Virus record (IMG/VR): IMGVR_UViG_3300023174_000133
Coordinates: 1-64,000 of that record
Direction: 5' to 3' (one strand)
Length of the DNA: 64,000 nucleotides
Source: a virus
The notes below the pieces were generated by a model. It ran no database searches. It was not told where the DNA came from and saw nothing but the letters and a program-made list of their open reading frames with translations. The translations under genes and the position numbers were made by a program. Of this stretch, positions 1-9,807 are shown piece by piece (within the stretch, counting starts at the first letter, position 1; every line of letters starts with the position of its first letter).

Positions 1-108
1 CTTGAGCACCAATAGCACCCTGAGCGCCTGTGGTACCTTGAGCACCAATAGCACCCTGAGCGCCTGTGGTACCTTGAGCACCAATAGCACCCTGAGCGCC
101 TGTGGTAC
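1..108. repeat. three perfect 36-bp tandem repeats encoding GTTGAQGAIGAQ
   Basis: cttgagcaccaatagcaccctgagcgcctgtggtac at 1, 37 and 73. Confidence 0.95.
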
Positions 109-745
109 CTTGAGAACCTTGAACGCCCTGAATACCATTAAATCCTTGAGCGCCTGTAGAACCCTGGGTGCCTTGAAGGCCTTGGGTGCCTTGAAATCCT
201 CTTTCACCTTGAAAACCCTGCGTACCTTGGGTTCCTTGTGTTCCTTGAGCTCCTTGAGCTCCTTGATAACCCCTAGTTCCTTGAACACCTTGCGCGCCTA
301 CTGGACCTTGTGACCCTATCTTTGTCCAAATTGTTGTATCATAAGGCAAATCGATATTAGTTGCAGCGATGTTAACATATGATTCGCCATAGTATGTTAT
401 AACGTCATATGGAACATAGTCGACTCCTAAAATCCATTCACCTTTAAGTGTAAATCCTTGACCGGTCTCTCCTGCAACGCCTTGAGCTCCTACTGCGCCC
501 TGAAATCCCTGGGGGCCTGGGGAAGGAGAAACCCACGACATAGAACCAAAAGAATTGACTGAAAGAACATCGCCGTCGCTCCCTAATCCGGCAGGAAGAG
601 TGTATGTTATATTTGAAGTTTGCGCCTGCGCTTGTATCGCCGTATAATTTTCGCCTGAGCCTGTGGGTTCATATAAACGAATTTGTACAGGAGCACCCGT
701 ATTTTTTAATTCAAAAGGTCCATTTTTAAAAATATATTTTGGCAT
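1..745 (-). CDS. collagen-like tail fibre protein (partial, runs off the window)
   Basis: Not in the ORF track. Manual translation from ATG at 745: MPKYIFKNGPFELKN...TYTLPAGLGSDGDVLSVNSFGSMSWV...GPQGFQGAVGAQG...(GXQ)n, open to position 2. Confidence 0.85.
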   Translation of the reverse strand, partial: MPKYIFKNGPFELKNTGAPVQIRLYEPTGSGENYTAIQAQAQTSNITYTLPAGLGSDGDVLSVNSFGSMSWVSPSPGPQGFQGAVGAQGVAGETGQGFTLKGEWILGVDYVPYDVITYYGESYVNIAATNIDLPYDTTIWTKIGSQGPVGAQGVQGTRGYQGAQGAQGTQGTQGTQGFQGERGFQGTQGLQGTQGSTGAQGFNGIQGVQGSQGTTGAQGAIGAQGTTGAQGAIGAQGTTGAQGAIGAQ

Positions 746-759
746 AATTTATAAGTTCC

Positions 760-3700
760 TTAAACTTTAACACGCGTCATATTACCTGACACTGCGAACT
801 TAACAGATGAATACGTTCCGGAAGCCGGAACTCTTGCTGTTATTTTTAAATATCCTGTTGTCGAATCAGCAGAAACGTCGATTTCCCAAGCCTCGGCGGC
901 ACCAGTAGTACTATCCGTTTGTATTGCCAATGAACCTATTAAAGAAGTCGAAGCAGCATTAGCTAATTTAGATATTCCACCTGTTATATCCCACCACGCA
1001 GAATCACCTGTAGTTGTTGAAAGAGCAATAACTTTAATTTTAAACATATACGCGCAATAATTTTCGAGCGTAAAAGTCTTTAGTTCTGATGGATTGAGAT
1101 ATAGCTCCGTGATTACTCCATTCGCAGGAACGGTATTTTGCCAAAGTACAAAAGATTGTTGCGCAATAGCATCGTTTGGTTGACCAGGACCTTCCAAAGT
1201 CAATGCGCCAGCTATACTAACACTACCTGAAGTTTGTAACGTTATATTTCCGCCATCTGATCCTGATATTTGATTACTTATGATGACTAATTCGTTTCCG
1301 AAATAAATGGGCGAACCACCGAATAAAGTACCGGAGATGACAACGTCGCCGCCAAAAACAGCCGTTCCCTGAGTTGAATAGTCAGGAGCACTGGACGGTT
1401 TCGAAGATATATTCCCAGAAACGTAGAAAAATGCATCTTGACCGATGTCAAGCGGAGAATCGATGGAAGTTTCTCCCCCTCTAAAAGCCATCGCACCAGA
1501 TGTATAGATAGAACCATTTGTCGTCGATGAAAAGAATGAATCTCCTGCAACACCTTGTGGGCCTTGAACACCTTGCGGTCCCTGTGGACCTTGAGCACCT
1601 TGTGGTCCTGCAGCGATAGAAGTCCAAGTCAAAACTCCTGAACCATTATTAGTTAAAAATGTTCCTGCTGCGCCTTGCGATTCTGGTAATGTGTAAGTAT
1701 GTGAAGCAAGACTGGACGTAGTCTGTAGCGTTAAAATTCCACCAAAAACGCTTCGAAGTTTTAATGGCGAATTATCAAATACCACACCCTGAGACGAGCT
1801 AATGTTTAAAAGCCCAGAGCCAGCATTTATGAACGTCGTCGATGTCGTATTAGTAGAGCCTATAGATACAGTTTTTGAACCGGCGCCAGTACCAAAACTT
1901 AAACCTTGCGCTGCAGAACCAGTGCCTATGCTAACATCACCAGCCAATGTATTATTTGCTATATTAACTGGCGTATATGTCGCGTCAGTTGCGATATTAA
2001 TACCTGCAACATCTCCGCCTCTAATCGTTACTTTCGATTGACTATTTGTATTTTCTCCGATATTTATAGTCTTCGCACTTGTTCCGCCCGTTCCAACATT
2101 GATTGTTCTTGTTGATGTGGCCGAAGCTCCAACGATATTGACATCACCCGTTCCCGTGTCATTAAATAAATTAAGGACTCCACTCGAAGTATTTGTTACG
2201 TTGATGTTGCCTATAGCTCCATCGGTTGTAATATTGATACCACCTGCTCCACCACTTACATTAGTCGTTGAAGTTGTATTAATAGAACCAATAGATACAG
2301 TTTTCGCTCCGACTCCAGTACCAAAATTTAGAGTTTGAGTAGCAGAACCCGTGCCTATGTTAACTGTTCCTGCCGTTGTATTGTTCGCTATATTAACAGG
2401 CGTTGCAACAGCAGCAGTGGCAATATTCACACCACCCGTTCCACCGTTTATCGTAGTAGTAGATGTAGTGTTAGTAGAACCTACAGAAACTGTTTTCGCA
2501 CCAGCGCCAGTACCAAAACTTAACGCATGCGTCGCAGTTCCTGTTCCAACGTTAACAGTACCAGCGGTTGTACTATTTGAAATATTAACCGGAACAGCTG
2601 CTGCTGATGTTGCTATGCTTACACCACCTGTTGTTCCTGCGTCGATAGTAACGCTGGAGTTGATACTACCTGTGGAACCGATTCTAATATTTTGAGCTGA
2701 TGTGACTGTCGACGTATATCCGATAAGAATATTTTGTTGACCAGAGTTAGAACCGCCAATATTAATATACGGGAATCCAGTTCCCTGTCCAATAAAAATT
2801 GCATTATATCCATCGATTGTTGTGGTTGAAGTTGCATTATTCGAACCTACAATAACAGTTTTATTACCAAGACCTGTTCCAAAGTTAAGCGTCTGAGTAG
2901 CAGAACCCGTGCCAATGTTAACCGTTCCAGCAGTCGTATTATTTGCTATATTAACAGGTGTTGCAACCGCAGCAGTTGCGATGTTAACGGTGCCTGTTGA
3001 ACCAGCAGCTATAGTGACTGACGAACCTGCCACCGTATTATCGCCAATTGTTACTGTCTTAGCGCCAGTCCCACCAGTACCAACGTTAATGGTTCTTGCC
3101 CCCGTTGCTGCAGCGCCAACGATATTGACAGCTCCTGTTCCTGTATCATTAAATAGATTGAGGACACCAGTCGAAGTATTTATTAAGTTAATATTACCTG
3201 CAACACCATCGGTTGTAATATTCACACCACCCGTTCCACCGCTTACATTAGTAGTGGATGTAGTATTAATTGAACCAATAGAAACTGTTTTTACTCCGAC
3301 TCCAGTACCAAAATTTAGAGTTTGAGTAGCAGAACCCGTGCCTATGTTAACTGTTCCTGCCGTTGTATTGTTCGCTATATTAACAGGCGTTGCAACAGCA
3401 GCAGTGGCAATATTCACACCACCCGTCGAACCACCGGCTATAGTGATAGACGAACCTACTGTTGTATTGTCACCGACTATTACCGTCTTAGCACCAGCGC
3501 CGGTACCAAAATTTAGAGCTTGCGTAGCAGAGCCAGTGCCTATGTTAACTGTGCCTGCGACAGTATTGTTTGCTATATTAACAGGCGTCGCAACAGCAGC
3601 CGTAGCGATGTTAACAGCGCCCGTTGTACCTCCGGCTATAGTGACCGACGAACCTGGGATAGTATTTTCACCGATTGTTATAGTCTTAGCGCCAGTTCCA

Positions 3701-6051
3701 CCGGTACCGACGTTTATTGTTCTTGCACCTGTTGCATTAGCGCCTGCAATGTTAATTTGTCCCGTGCCAGTGTCGTTTCCAAGGTTCAACCAACCTGTTG
3801 CAGAAACTACAACGCCAGTCGTCGCCGTCGCTCCGGAACCACCTTGAATAGTCGTAACAGAAGTTGTATTCGTAGAACCTACGGTAGTTGTCTTTATACC
3901 TGCACCGGTTCCTACGTTAGTCGTCTGTGTCAATGCGCTTGTAGCAATATTGATTGTCGGACTTTGCAACGTGCCGATGCTAATCGAGGAAGGCGCTTGA
4001 ATAGAAACAGTATGACCCGTGCCACTACTCGGGCCGATATTAATCGTTTTTGTACCAGTAGGACCCGTACCAACGTTAATGGTTCTTGCCCCCGTTGCTG
4101 CAGCACCGACAACATTGACAGCTCCCGTTCCAGTATCGTTAAATAAATTAAGGATACCGGTTGAAGTATTCGTGATGTTAATATTACCCGCGACTGCATC
4201 TGTAGTGATATTAATACCGCCTGTTGCACCGCTTATATTTGTAGTTGATGTATTATTAATCGAACCTATAGATACTGTCTTGACCCCATCGCCAGTTCCA
4301 AAGTTTAGAGTCTGCGTCGCAGATCCAGTACCAATGTTAACTGTTCCCGCTGTTGTATTATTTGCAATATTGATAGGAGTAGCAATAGCGTTAGTCGCAA
4401 TATTGATGCCACCAGAGGCATCTGCGCTTATTGATACTGTAGAACCTGAAATAGATACGCTTCCACTTGAAACTGTCAAGTTTCCATAGACAGAGACATC
4501 TTTAGCGTATAAAGTCCCACTTGAGTATGTATTACCAGAGATCGAGGCAGTCGGTGCACTCACTTGACCTGACAGCGAAGCATTCACTGCGTTAACGTCA
4601 CCTGTCAATGTGATTGAGTGCGTTGTCTTGTTAAAGGTAAATCCCGAGTCTCCACCGAATGTATTGTCGTCGTTGAATTGGACATAAGTGTCTAATCCAC
4701 CGGGTAATGTTCCACCACCAGCTCCACCGAATGATGCTCCCGCAGAACCTCTAAACAATCCACCTTGATATATTTTCGCATCGAGCGTGTTAAGTAAGTT
4801 TAGGGCATTTCCCTTAAGACAAATATAACCTACTAATATTGCAGAACCTGCTGTATTATCACCCTCGATAAAATTCTCGGTTCCTATACCTGCGACTGCA
4901 TCATCCATAGTCGTGTATTTTGCAGTACCATAATATATGAAAAACGCACGATTAACGGATCTTGGAAACCAAAAGACTCTTTGGACTGTGTATTCACCGT
5001 TACCGACAGACGCGAGTGTTCCATTATTGTTGTATTGACCCGGGTCTAATACTGTATATCCTGCATTTGCAACACCTGTGTCTATAATAGGCGTTGAACC
5101 TGACACATACTCGCGATAAATTTTACTTACTGTGACAGCTGTATCAGTGTCTGCCGTAACGATGTTCGGATTATTGGGGTCGTTAGCATAATTTCGCCCT
5201 TCAACGTAAGATAGACCCGCAGTTTTAGTTAAAGATAACGTAGGCGCTGAACCACTCGCCGCAAGATAGTGTCCTGATATTTTTAAGGGACCGAAAGCTC
5301 TAACAAAATCGTTCGTGTTCTGCGAGACGGCGTAAGCAGTTGTTGGAGTATTCGTAGAACCGTTTGTGACTGAACCACTCTGGTGTAGGACGCGTCCGAG
5401 AACAATTCTATCTTTGAATTGCGCATCATTAAATGCAGTTGGACTCTGTAAAATTTCACCGTGTTGGTCGATTGCGATGTAAGTAATTTGCGCAGAACCA
5501 GAATATTGTAGAGACTGACTAACATAAGCCGGCCACTTGGCGAAAGCTATTGTCGGATATGGGTCTGACGAGGTCGACGCATTTTGATAAACGATGATAC
5601 CGGAACCCGATGTTATAGAAAATGTCGTCGTCCCATTTTGTGTCGATAAGATACCACCATGCAATAGACCGGTTGATAATGAGCTCTCTAACCAACGAAG
5701 ACGTGTTGTGTTCGTGTAAGGACCTGCATATTGCGTAAAATACATGTCATTAGTCGAACCCGACGTGTAGATGTAAGATGCCGTTGTATTTGTTGGAATT
5801 CTTAATTCGTTAACTGGTAACATTTGGACGTAATCGCTTACACCAAGACCACCGGTTACGAATACGTCTCCGCCAAATATAGCGATAGCGCCAAGTGGAC
5901 CATTAACATCTCTTGTACCTGAAACATAAAACTTAGCGTTCGGTGGCAGAGAAGGAAACTCACCAGGTGGCCTATCTGCGATGACGACCGACCCAGAGAT
6001 TGCAGTTGTGGATGTCCCGTTACTTCCAGAAATAGTTCCAATTAACGCCAT
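760..6051 (-). CDS. large tail fibre/spike protein with long G/T/N/I beta-helix-like repeats and a short collagen segment
   Basis: 1763 aa; repeated NIATAAVATPVNIANNTTAGTVNIGTGSATQTLNFGTG; VQFND..TFGGDSGFTFN fibre motif; GPQGAQGPQG. Confidence 0.75.
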   Translation of the reverse strand: MALIGTISGSNGTSTTAISGSVVIADRPPGEFPSLPPNAKFYVSGTRDVNGPLGAIAIFGGDVFVTGGLGVSDYVQMLPVNELRIPTNTTASYIYTSGSTNDMYFTQYAGPYTNTTRLRWLESSLSTGLLHGGILSTQNGTTTFSITSGSGIIVYQNASTSSDPYPTIAFAKWPAYVSQSLQYSGSAQITYIAIDQHGEILQSPTAFNDAQFKDRIVLGRVLHQSGSVTNGSTNTPTTAYAVSQNTNDFVRAFGPLKISGHYLAASGSAPTLSLTKTAGLSYVEGRNYANDPNNPNIVTADTDTAVTVSKIYREYVSGSTPIIDTGVANAGYTVLDPGQYNNNGTLASVGNGEYTVQRVFWFPRSVNRAFFIYYGTAKYTTMDDAVAGIGTENFIEGDNTAGSAILVGYICLKGNALNLLNTLDAKIYQGGLFRGSAGASFGGAGGGTLPGGLDTYVQFNDDNTFGGDSGFTFNKTTHSITLTGDVNAVNASLSGQVSAPTASISGNTYSSGTLYAKDVSVYGNLTVSSGSVSISGSTVSISADASGGINIATNAIATPINIANNTTAGTVNIGTGSATQTLNFGTGDGVKTVSIGSINNTSTTNISGATGGINITTDAVAGNINITNTSTGILNLFNDTGTGAVNVVGAAATGARTINVGTGPTGTKTINIGPSSGTGHTVSIQAPSSISIGTLQSPTINIATSALTQTTNVGTGAGIKTTTVGSTNTTSVTTIQGGSGATATTGVVVSATGWLNLGNDTGTGQINIAGANATGARTINVGTGGTGAKTITIGENTIPGSSVTIAGGTTGAVNIATAAVATPVNIANNTVAGTVNIGTGSATQALNFGTGAGAKTVIVGDNTTVGSSITIAGGSTGGVNIATAAVATPVNIANNTTAGTVNIGTGSATQTLNFGTGVGVKTVSIGSINTTSTTNVSGGTGGVNITTDGVAGNINLINTSTGVLNLFNDTGTGAVNIVGAAATGARTINVGTGGTGAKTVTIGDNTVAGSSVTIAAGSTGTVNIATAAVATPVNIANNTTAGTVNIGTGSATQTLNFGTGLGNKTVIVGSNNATSTTTIDGYNAIFIGQGTGFPYINIGGSNSGQQNILIGYTSTVTSAQNIRIGSTGSINSSVTIDAGTTGGVSIATSAAAVPVNISNSTTAGTVNVGTGTATHALSFGTGAGAKTVSVGSTNTTSTTTINGGTGGVNIATAAVATPVNIANNTTAGTVNIGTGSATQTLNFGTGVGAKTVSIGSINTTSTTNVSGGAGGINITTDGAIGNINVTNTSSGVLNLFNDTGTGDVNIVGASATSTRTINVGTGGTSAKTINIGENTNSQSKVTIRGGDVAGINIATDATYTPVNIANNTLAGDVSIGTGSAAQGLSFGTGAGSKTVSIGSTNTTSTTFINAGSGLLNISSSQGVVFDNSPLKLRSVFGGILTLQTTSSLASHTYTLPESQGAAGTFLTNNGSGVLTWTSIAAGPQGAQGPQGPQGVQGPQGVAGDSFFSSTTNGSIYTSGAMAFRGGETSIDSPLDIGQDAFFYVSGNISSKPSSAPDYSTQGTAVFGGDVVISGTLFGGSPIYFGNELVIISNQISGSDGGNITLQTSGSVSIAGALTLEGPGQPNDAIAQQSFVLWQNTVPANGVITELYLNPSELKTFTLENYCAYMFKIKVIALSTTTGDSAWWDITGGISKLANAASTSLIGSLAIQTDSTTGAAEAWEIDVSADSTTGYLKITARVPASGTYSSVKFAVSGNMTRVKV
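2307..3426. repeat. 133-bp exact intragenic direct repeat (2307-2439 = 3294-3426)
   Basis: ctccgactccagtacc...caccacccgt is identical in both copies, offset 987 bp (in frame). Confidence 0.9.
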
Positions 6052-6075
6052 ATTAAACCGTCCTTATCTAAGTAT

Positions 6076-6106
6076 CAACGCCGGATAACTGAATCACCCG
6101 GCGTTG
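6076..6106 (-). terminator. stem-loop, probable terminator
   Basis: caacgccgg-N13-ccggcgttg just after the stop of 6119..7336. Confidence 0.5.
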
Positions 6107-6118
6107 ATTAATCTTTAT

Positions 6119-7336
6119 TTAGACTGGTTCGAGAACGAACTTGAACATCTTACCAGTCTTATTATTTCGAATGCTTAAATACTCGGTCTCTTCGATAACG
6201 GTCCAATCACCACGGTCGTTGCGAAGGTGCAAGTCACCCGTGTACATATTCGCCCAACGATATGCAGGAGAACCTAAGTCATATGTCATGTCAGCATGAG
6301 GAAGTATGCTGGAACTTACATGGGCGTTGAATATAACCTTATCACTCGAACTATCACCGAATGTCGCGTCTGCATCGACTCTTAGGCTGCCAGACGTTGC
6401 AATGCTTCCACCGAACAAAGCTATTGAAGAACCATTCGTAGAACCAGAAACATAGAAGAATACGTCAGAACCCTTATCTAACGGTGAATCGATAGACTCA
6501 GAACCAACGAATGCAGTTGAACCTGTAGTGTAAATTGAACCTAGCGTTGTAGAACTAAAGTACGAAGGAGGAGTGATTAACCCAGCTACGTCGATAGTTA
6601 TTTGACCCAAAGAACTTGTTGTTAATTGAATATTGGAACCGGCTATTAAATAATCAGAACCGTCAATTAATTTAGTCAAAGAACCTGTGAGAGCTGCACC
6701 TTTAATAAGTGAACCTGTTAATGTACCAACATGTAAATCGGCATAAGAAATAATATTGATGCTTGTAGCGTCGGGCGTCGAATTCGTTCGAACGACAGCA
6801 AATTCAGACTCTGAATTATCCCAAAAAACAGAGGCATTATTACCAGTAGCCAACCCACCTACAAGACCACGATCACCATTTGTTCTCGCGATCGAGCCAG
6901 ATTCAAAACCTATGCCTATCAATTGATCGAATATTACGAGATTCGAACTACTAACAGTCGTAGTAGTTCCTTTAATCGTTAGATCTCCCGGGATAACTAC
7001 ATTCGAACCTGTAAATTCAATTACAGTAGCTCCTGTCGAAGACTTTATATAATCTCCGCTTACTTTCAAATCTCCTGCGATTCTTAAATTACCACCGATG
7101 TCGAAGTCGCCAGAACCACTTACTGTTGTGGTTTTCACTCCGCCAGATACTACTAACTTGCCACCGAATACTGACGCAGCTGAACCATCGAGCGCGCCAG
7201 AAACGAAGAACGTCGTATCAGAACCAGGAAGAGACGGGAATAATGAATTAGGACGATTCGCTACGATAACAGAACCGCTGATTCCTATAACGGAGTTCGA
7301 TTGCGAACTACCGGATATGTGTCCAACTAAAGCCAT
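6119..7336 (-). CDS. tail fibre-related structural protein
   Basis: C-terminal YDLGSPAYRWANMYTGDLHL..GDWTVIE..NNKTGKMFKF domain typical of myophage fibre proteins; N-terminus paralogous to 760..6051. Confidence 0.65.
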   Translation of the reverse strand: MALVGHISGSSQSNSVIGISGSVIVANRPNSLFPSLPGSDTTFFVSGALDGSAASVFGGKLVVSGGVKTTTVSGSGDFDIGGNLRIAGDLKVSGDYIKSSTGATVIEFTGSNVVIPGDLTIKGTTTTVSSSNLVIFDQLIGIGFESGSIARTNGDRGLVGGLATGNNASVFWDNSESEFAVVRTNSTPDATSINIISYADLHVGTLTGSLIKGAALTGSLTKLIDGSDYLIAGSNIQLTTSSLGQITIDVAGLITPPSYFSSTTLGSIYTTGSTAFVGSESIDSPLDKGSDVFFYVSGSTNGSSIALFGGSIATSGSLRVDADATFGDSSSDKVIFNAHVSSSILPHADMTYDLGSPAYRWANMYTGDLHLRNDRGDWTVIEETEYLSIRNNKTGKMFKFVLEPV

Positions 7337-7388
7337 TTTAGAACCCCATGATGCAAATGTATGCTATCGATTCTATATATGTTTTTTT

Positions 7389-9191
7389 TTAGTCATCTAA
7401 AGGCGACATCGATATTTTATAACGTTTTCCTGTTTTGTTATTTCTAAGAGTTAGATATTCTTCCTCTTCGATAACGGTCCAATCGCCTCTTTCGTTTCGA
7501 AGATGTAAGTCACCAGTATAAACATGCGCGAATCGATAATCGGGTGTTCCGAGCGTGTAAGTAGAATCAAGAGATGGTATTATATTCGAATCAAGAGATG
7601 CGCTAACTACGAGTGTATCAGTCGATGAATTACCGAGTGTAGTATTACCGGTAACAATTGCGCTTCCGCTAATTGCAGTATAAGAATTGCCAAACTCAGA
7701 ACCTATAATAACATATTGATTAACAGAACTTACATTACCTAATTTAATCGTTCGTTGATATTCCTGTTGACCGATTAAAATATCTCCTGTATCATACAAT
7801 GAATTAGAGCCTAAGCTAATACCGCCTGCATTATCAGAAGTTATATCAATCGAATTAGTCGCAGAATTTCCATCAGACTGGATTAGAACGTTGGGAGTCG
7901 AACTAAACGCATTCGAAGCTCGTATTTCTAAAGTTTCATTTGAAAATGAATTCATCTGAAAAGTCATATGTCCATTGGTGTTAACATAGACTCCGTTCGA
8001 AGATTCGATTACAACTTCACCACCCGCAGGATTAAAACCTACACCACCTGTAGATTTCGCCAAAAGTTGAATAGATCCAGCAGGAGGATTATTGCCGACT
8101 GGTCCACCAATATTCGCCAAGAGCTGTATTTTTCCATCGCCGGCCGCGACGATATTTGTTAGATTGCCCAAGGCACCGATGTTGATTGAAGAAGTAGATA
8201 CTGTAGTAGCAATATTAACCGTAGAACCTTGTAGATCTACTAAAGTTCCTACACTTGATAATGAACCTGTTATTTGAACATCATCGTGGTGTTGTGTAAC
8301 TCCACTTACAACAAGTTTTCCGCCAAACAACGCGGATGCCGTATCATCATTTGCACCCGAAACATAAAAAAATACGTCAGAACCCTTATCATAAGGAGAA
8401 TCGATCGATTCGTCACCTACGAAAGCTGTAGAGCCTGTTGTATAAATTGAACCCGCAGTTGTTGAATCGAAATATGAATCGCCACCACCACCGCCACCTG
8501 AACCTATCGTCCATTGTCCTGTCGAATCATCGAAAGTAGCATTTCCAACGAGAAAGTCTGTCGTCATTGCCTCGTCGACGTAACGTATAGATCCAGTAAT
8601 ATTTCTCGCAATCAATGAAGCCGTTACGTGTAATGAACCACTAAAGATACCATCACCGCATACGTCTAATTTAGCATTCGGATTGTGTTTTCCAATTGCA
8701 ATGCGTTCAGATGATGCAGAAACGACGAGTAATCCATGATCACCGCCATATTTTCCTTGCACCAAAAACGTAGATGAAGCAGCGTTATTTCTGCCATAAT
8801 TTATAATAGCGCCAGTGTCTGTCAAAAAACCCGGTTCGTTTGTTCCACCAACATGTAAAGTAGATTCCGGGTCAGTTCTTTTGATACCCACACGTGCAGA
8901 AAGTGGATTAGAACTTGCGGTAGCATAAATTAATGAATCTGTAATATGTGGACTAACAACGAAAGTACCAGAGACTATTGTGTCTCCACCAAACACAACG
9001 CGTTCGTTAGCATTTATACCACCAGAGACGAATAACCAACCATCGCTACCAGTTCCCGTGATTTTAGTTAATGCGCCTAATTCATTAAGGGCAGAACCAG
9101 AAGGATATATTAATAAATACGGTTTCGAATTAGAGCCGGAAGCAATAATCTTATTCGTTCTAATTTGCGATGCTTTAAAATCTATCGGCAT
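7389..9191 (-). CDS. tail fibre-related structural protein
   Basis: VGI..TDP..TLHV repeats; same C-terminal YTGDLHLRNERGDWTVIEE domain as 6119..7336. Confidence 0.65.
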   Translation of the reverse strand: MPIDFKASQIRTNKIIASGSNSKPYLLIYPSGSALNELGALTKITGTGSDGWLFVSGGINANERVVFGGDTIVSGTFVVSPHITDSLIYATASSNPLSARVGIKRTDPESTLHVGGTNEPGFLTDTGAIINYGRNNAASSTFLVQGKYGGDHGLLVVSASSERIAIGKHNPNAKLDVCGDGIFSGSLHVTASLIARNITGSIRYVDEAMTTDFLVGNATFDDSTGQWTIGSGGGGGGDSYFDSTTAGSIYTTGSTAFVGDESIDSPYDKGSDVFFYVSGANDDTASALFGGKLVVSGVTQHHDDVQITGSLSSVGTLVDLQGSTVNIATTVSTSSINIGALGNLTNIVAAGDGKIQLLANIGGPVGNNPPAGSIQLLAKSTGGVGFNPAGGEVVIESSNGVYVNTNGHMTFQMNSFSNETLEIRASNAFSSTPNVLIQSDGNSATNSIDITSDNAGGISLGSNSLYDTGDILIGQQEYQRTIKLGNVSSVNQYVIIGSEFGNSYTAISGSAIVTGNTTLGNSSTDTLVVSASLDSNIIPSLDSTYTLGTPDYRFAHVYTGDLHLRNERGDWTVIEEEEYLTLRNNKTGKRYKISMSPLDD

Positions 9192-9442
9192 TATGCCCTC
9201 GTACTTATGACTTTATAAGTAAATCGACGTTCTGGTACAGAGGAACCCGCTGTAAAGCCCGACGCTATTTTATTTATAAGAAAAATGTTAAATGAATCGT
9301 CATCAGGGGTTAATAAAATGTTAATGTTTGAATAGTGTACAACTGAATAATTCACCACAACTTGCCCAGTAGAATCAGTAACTGCTGTACCAACTTCGGT
9401 CATCAGATCAGTTATTGAATCACCAGGGAATCTTCTTGGCAT
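9191..9442 (-). CDS. small beta-rich hypothetical protein (possible fibre accessory)
   Basis: Translationally coupled within the fibre operon. Confidence 0.5.
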   Translation of the reverse strand: MPRRFPGDSITDLMTEVGTAVTDSTGQVVVNYSVVHYSNINILLTPDDDSFNIFLINKIASGFTAGSSVPERRFTYKVISTRA

Positions 9443-9765
9443 TATTCACCAACCGTTACGATTTGATATGAAATACAATTATTCGTATTCGTCGATGCTC
9501 TTATGATCGCAGAAGACGCAGTGACTGCTTCAACCCAGACATTAAAGTCGTCGCCCTTAGCGGTTATCAATATATTCGGTATCGAAGAATAGGTAGTTTG
9601 AAATGTCAAAGTTACAGTATCATTATTTGAAAAACAAATTTCGCCTATTTCATAAGAAACAGGCGGATCGTTAACGTATGAATATTTGGGCGTTCGAACT
9701 ATGAATGGATACGTTTTCGCGTATCTATTTCTATCGATTCTCTTAGATCTCGAAACCTTCGACAT
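9442..9765 (-). CDS. small beta-rich hypothetical protein (possible fibre accessory)
   Basis: VTLTF...Y...P.I.IT pattern like small fibre domains; coupled to the next gene. Confidence 0.5.
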   Translation of the reverse strand: MSKVSRSKRIDRNRYAKTYPFIVRTPKYSYVNDPPVSYEIGEICFSNNDTVTLTFQTTYSSIPNILITAKGDDFNVWVEAVTASSAIIRASTNTNNCISYQIVTVGE

Positions 9766-9772
9766 ATTTCAC

Positions 9773-9800
9773 CCTTCAGGACTATATATCGTCCTGAAGG
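9773..9800 (-). terminator. stem-loop after phoH
   Basis: ccttcaggac-tatatatc-gtcctgaagg, 10-bp perfect stem. Confidence 0.55.
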
Positions 9801-9807
9801 TTTACGT

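Noticed and set aside
1-108. 36-bp repeats as a CRISPR array
   Set aside because: The repeats are contiguous with no spacers and encode collagen Gly-X-Y on the minus strand
2307-3426. 133-bp repeat as a diversity-generating retroelement TR/VR pair
   Set aside because: The copies are identical with no adenine-specific mismatches, both lie mid-gene, and no reverse transcriptase is in the window
2-4489. Plus-strand ORFs (2..313, 1802..4489 series)
   Set aside because: Antisense shadows of repetitive fibre genes
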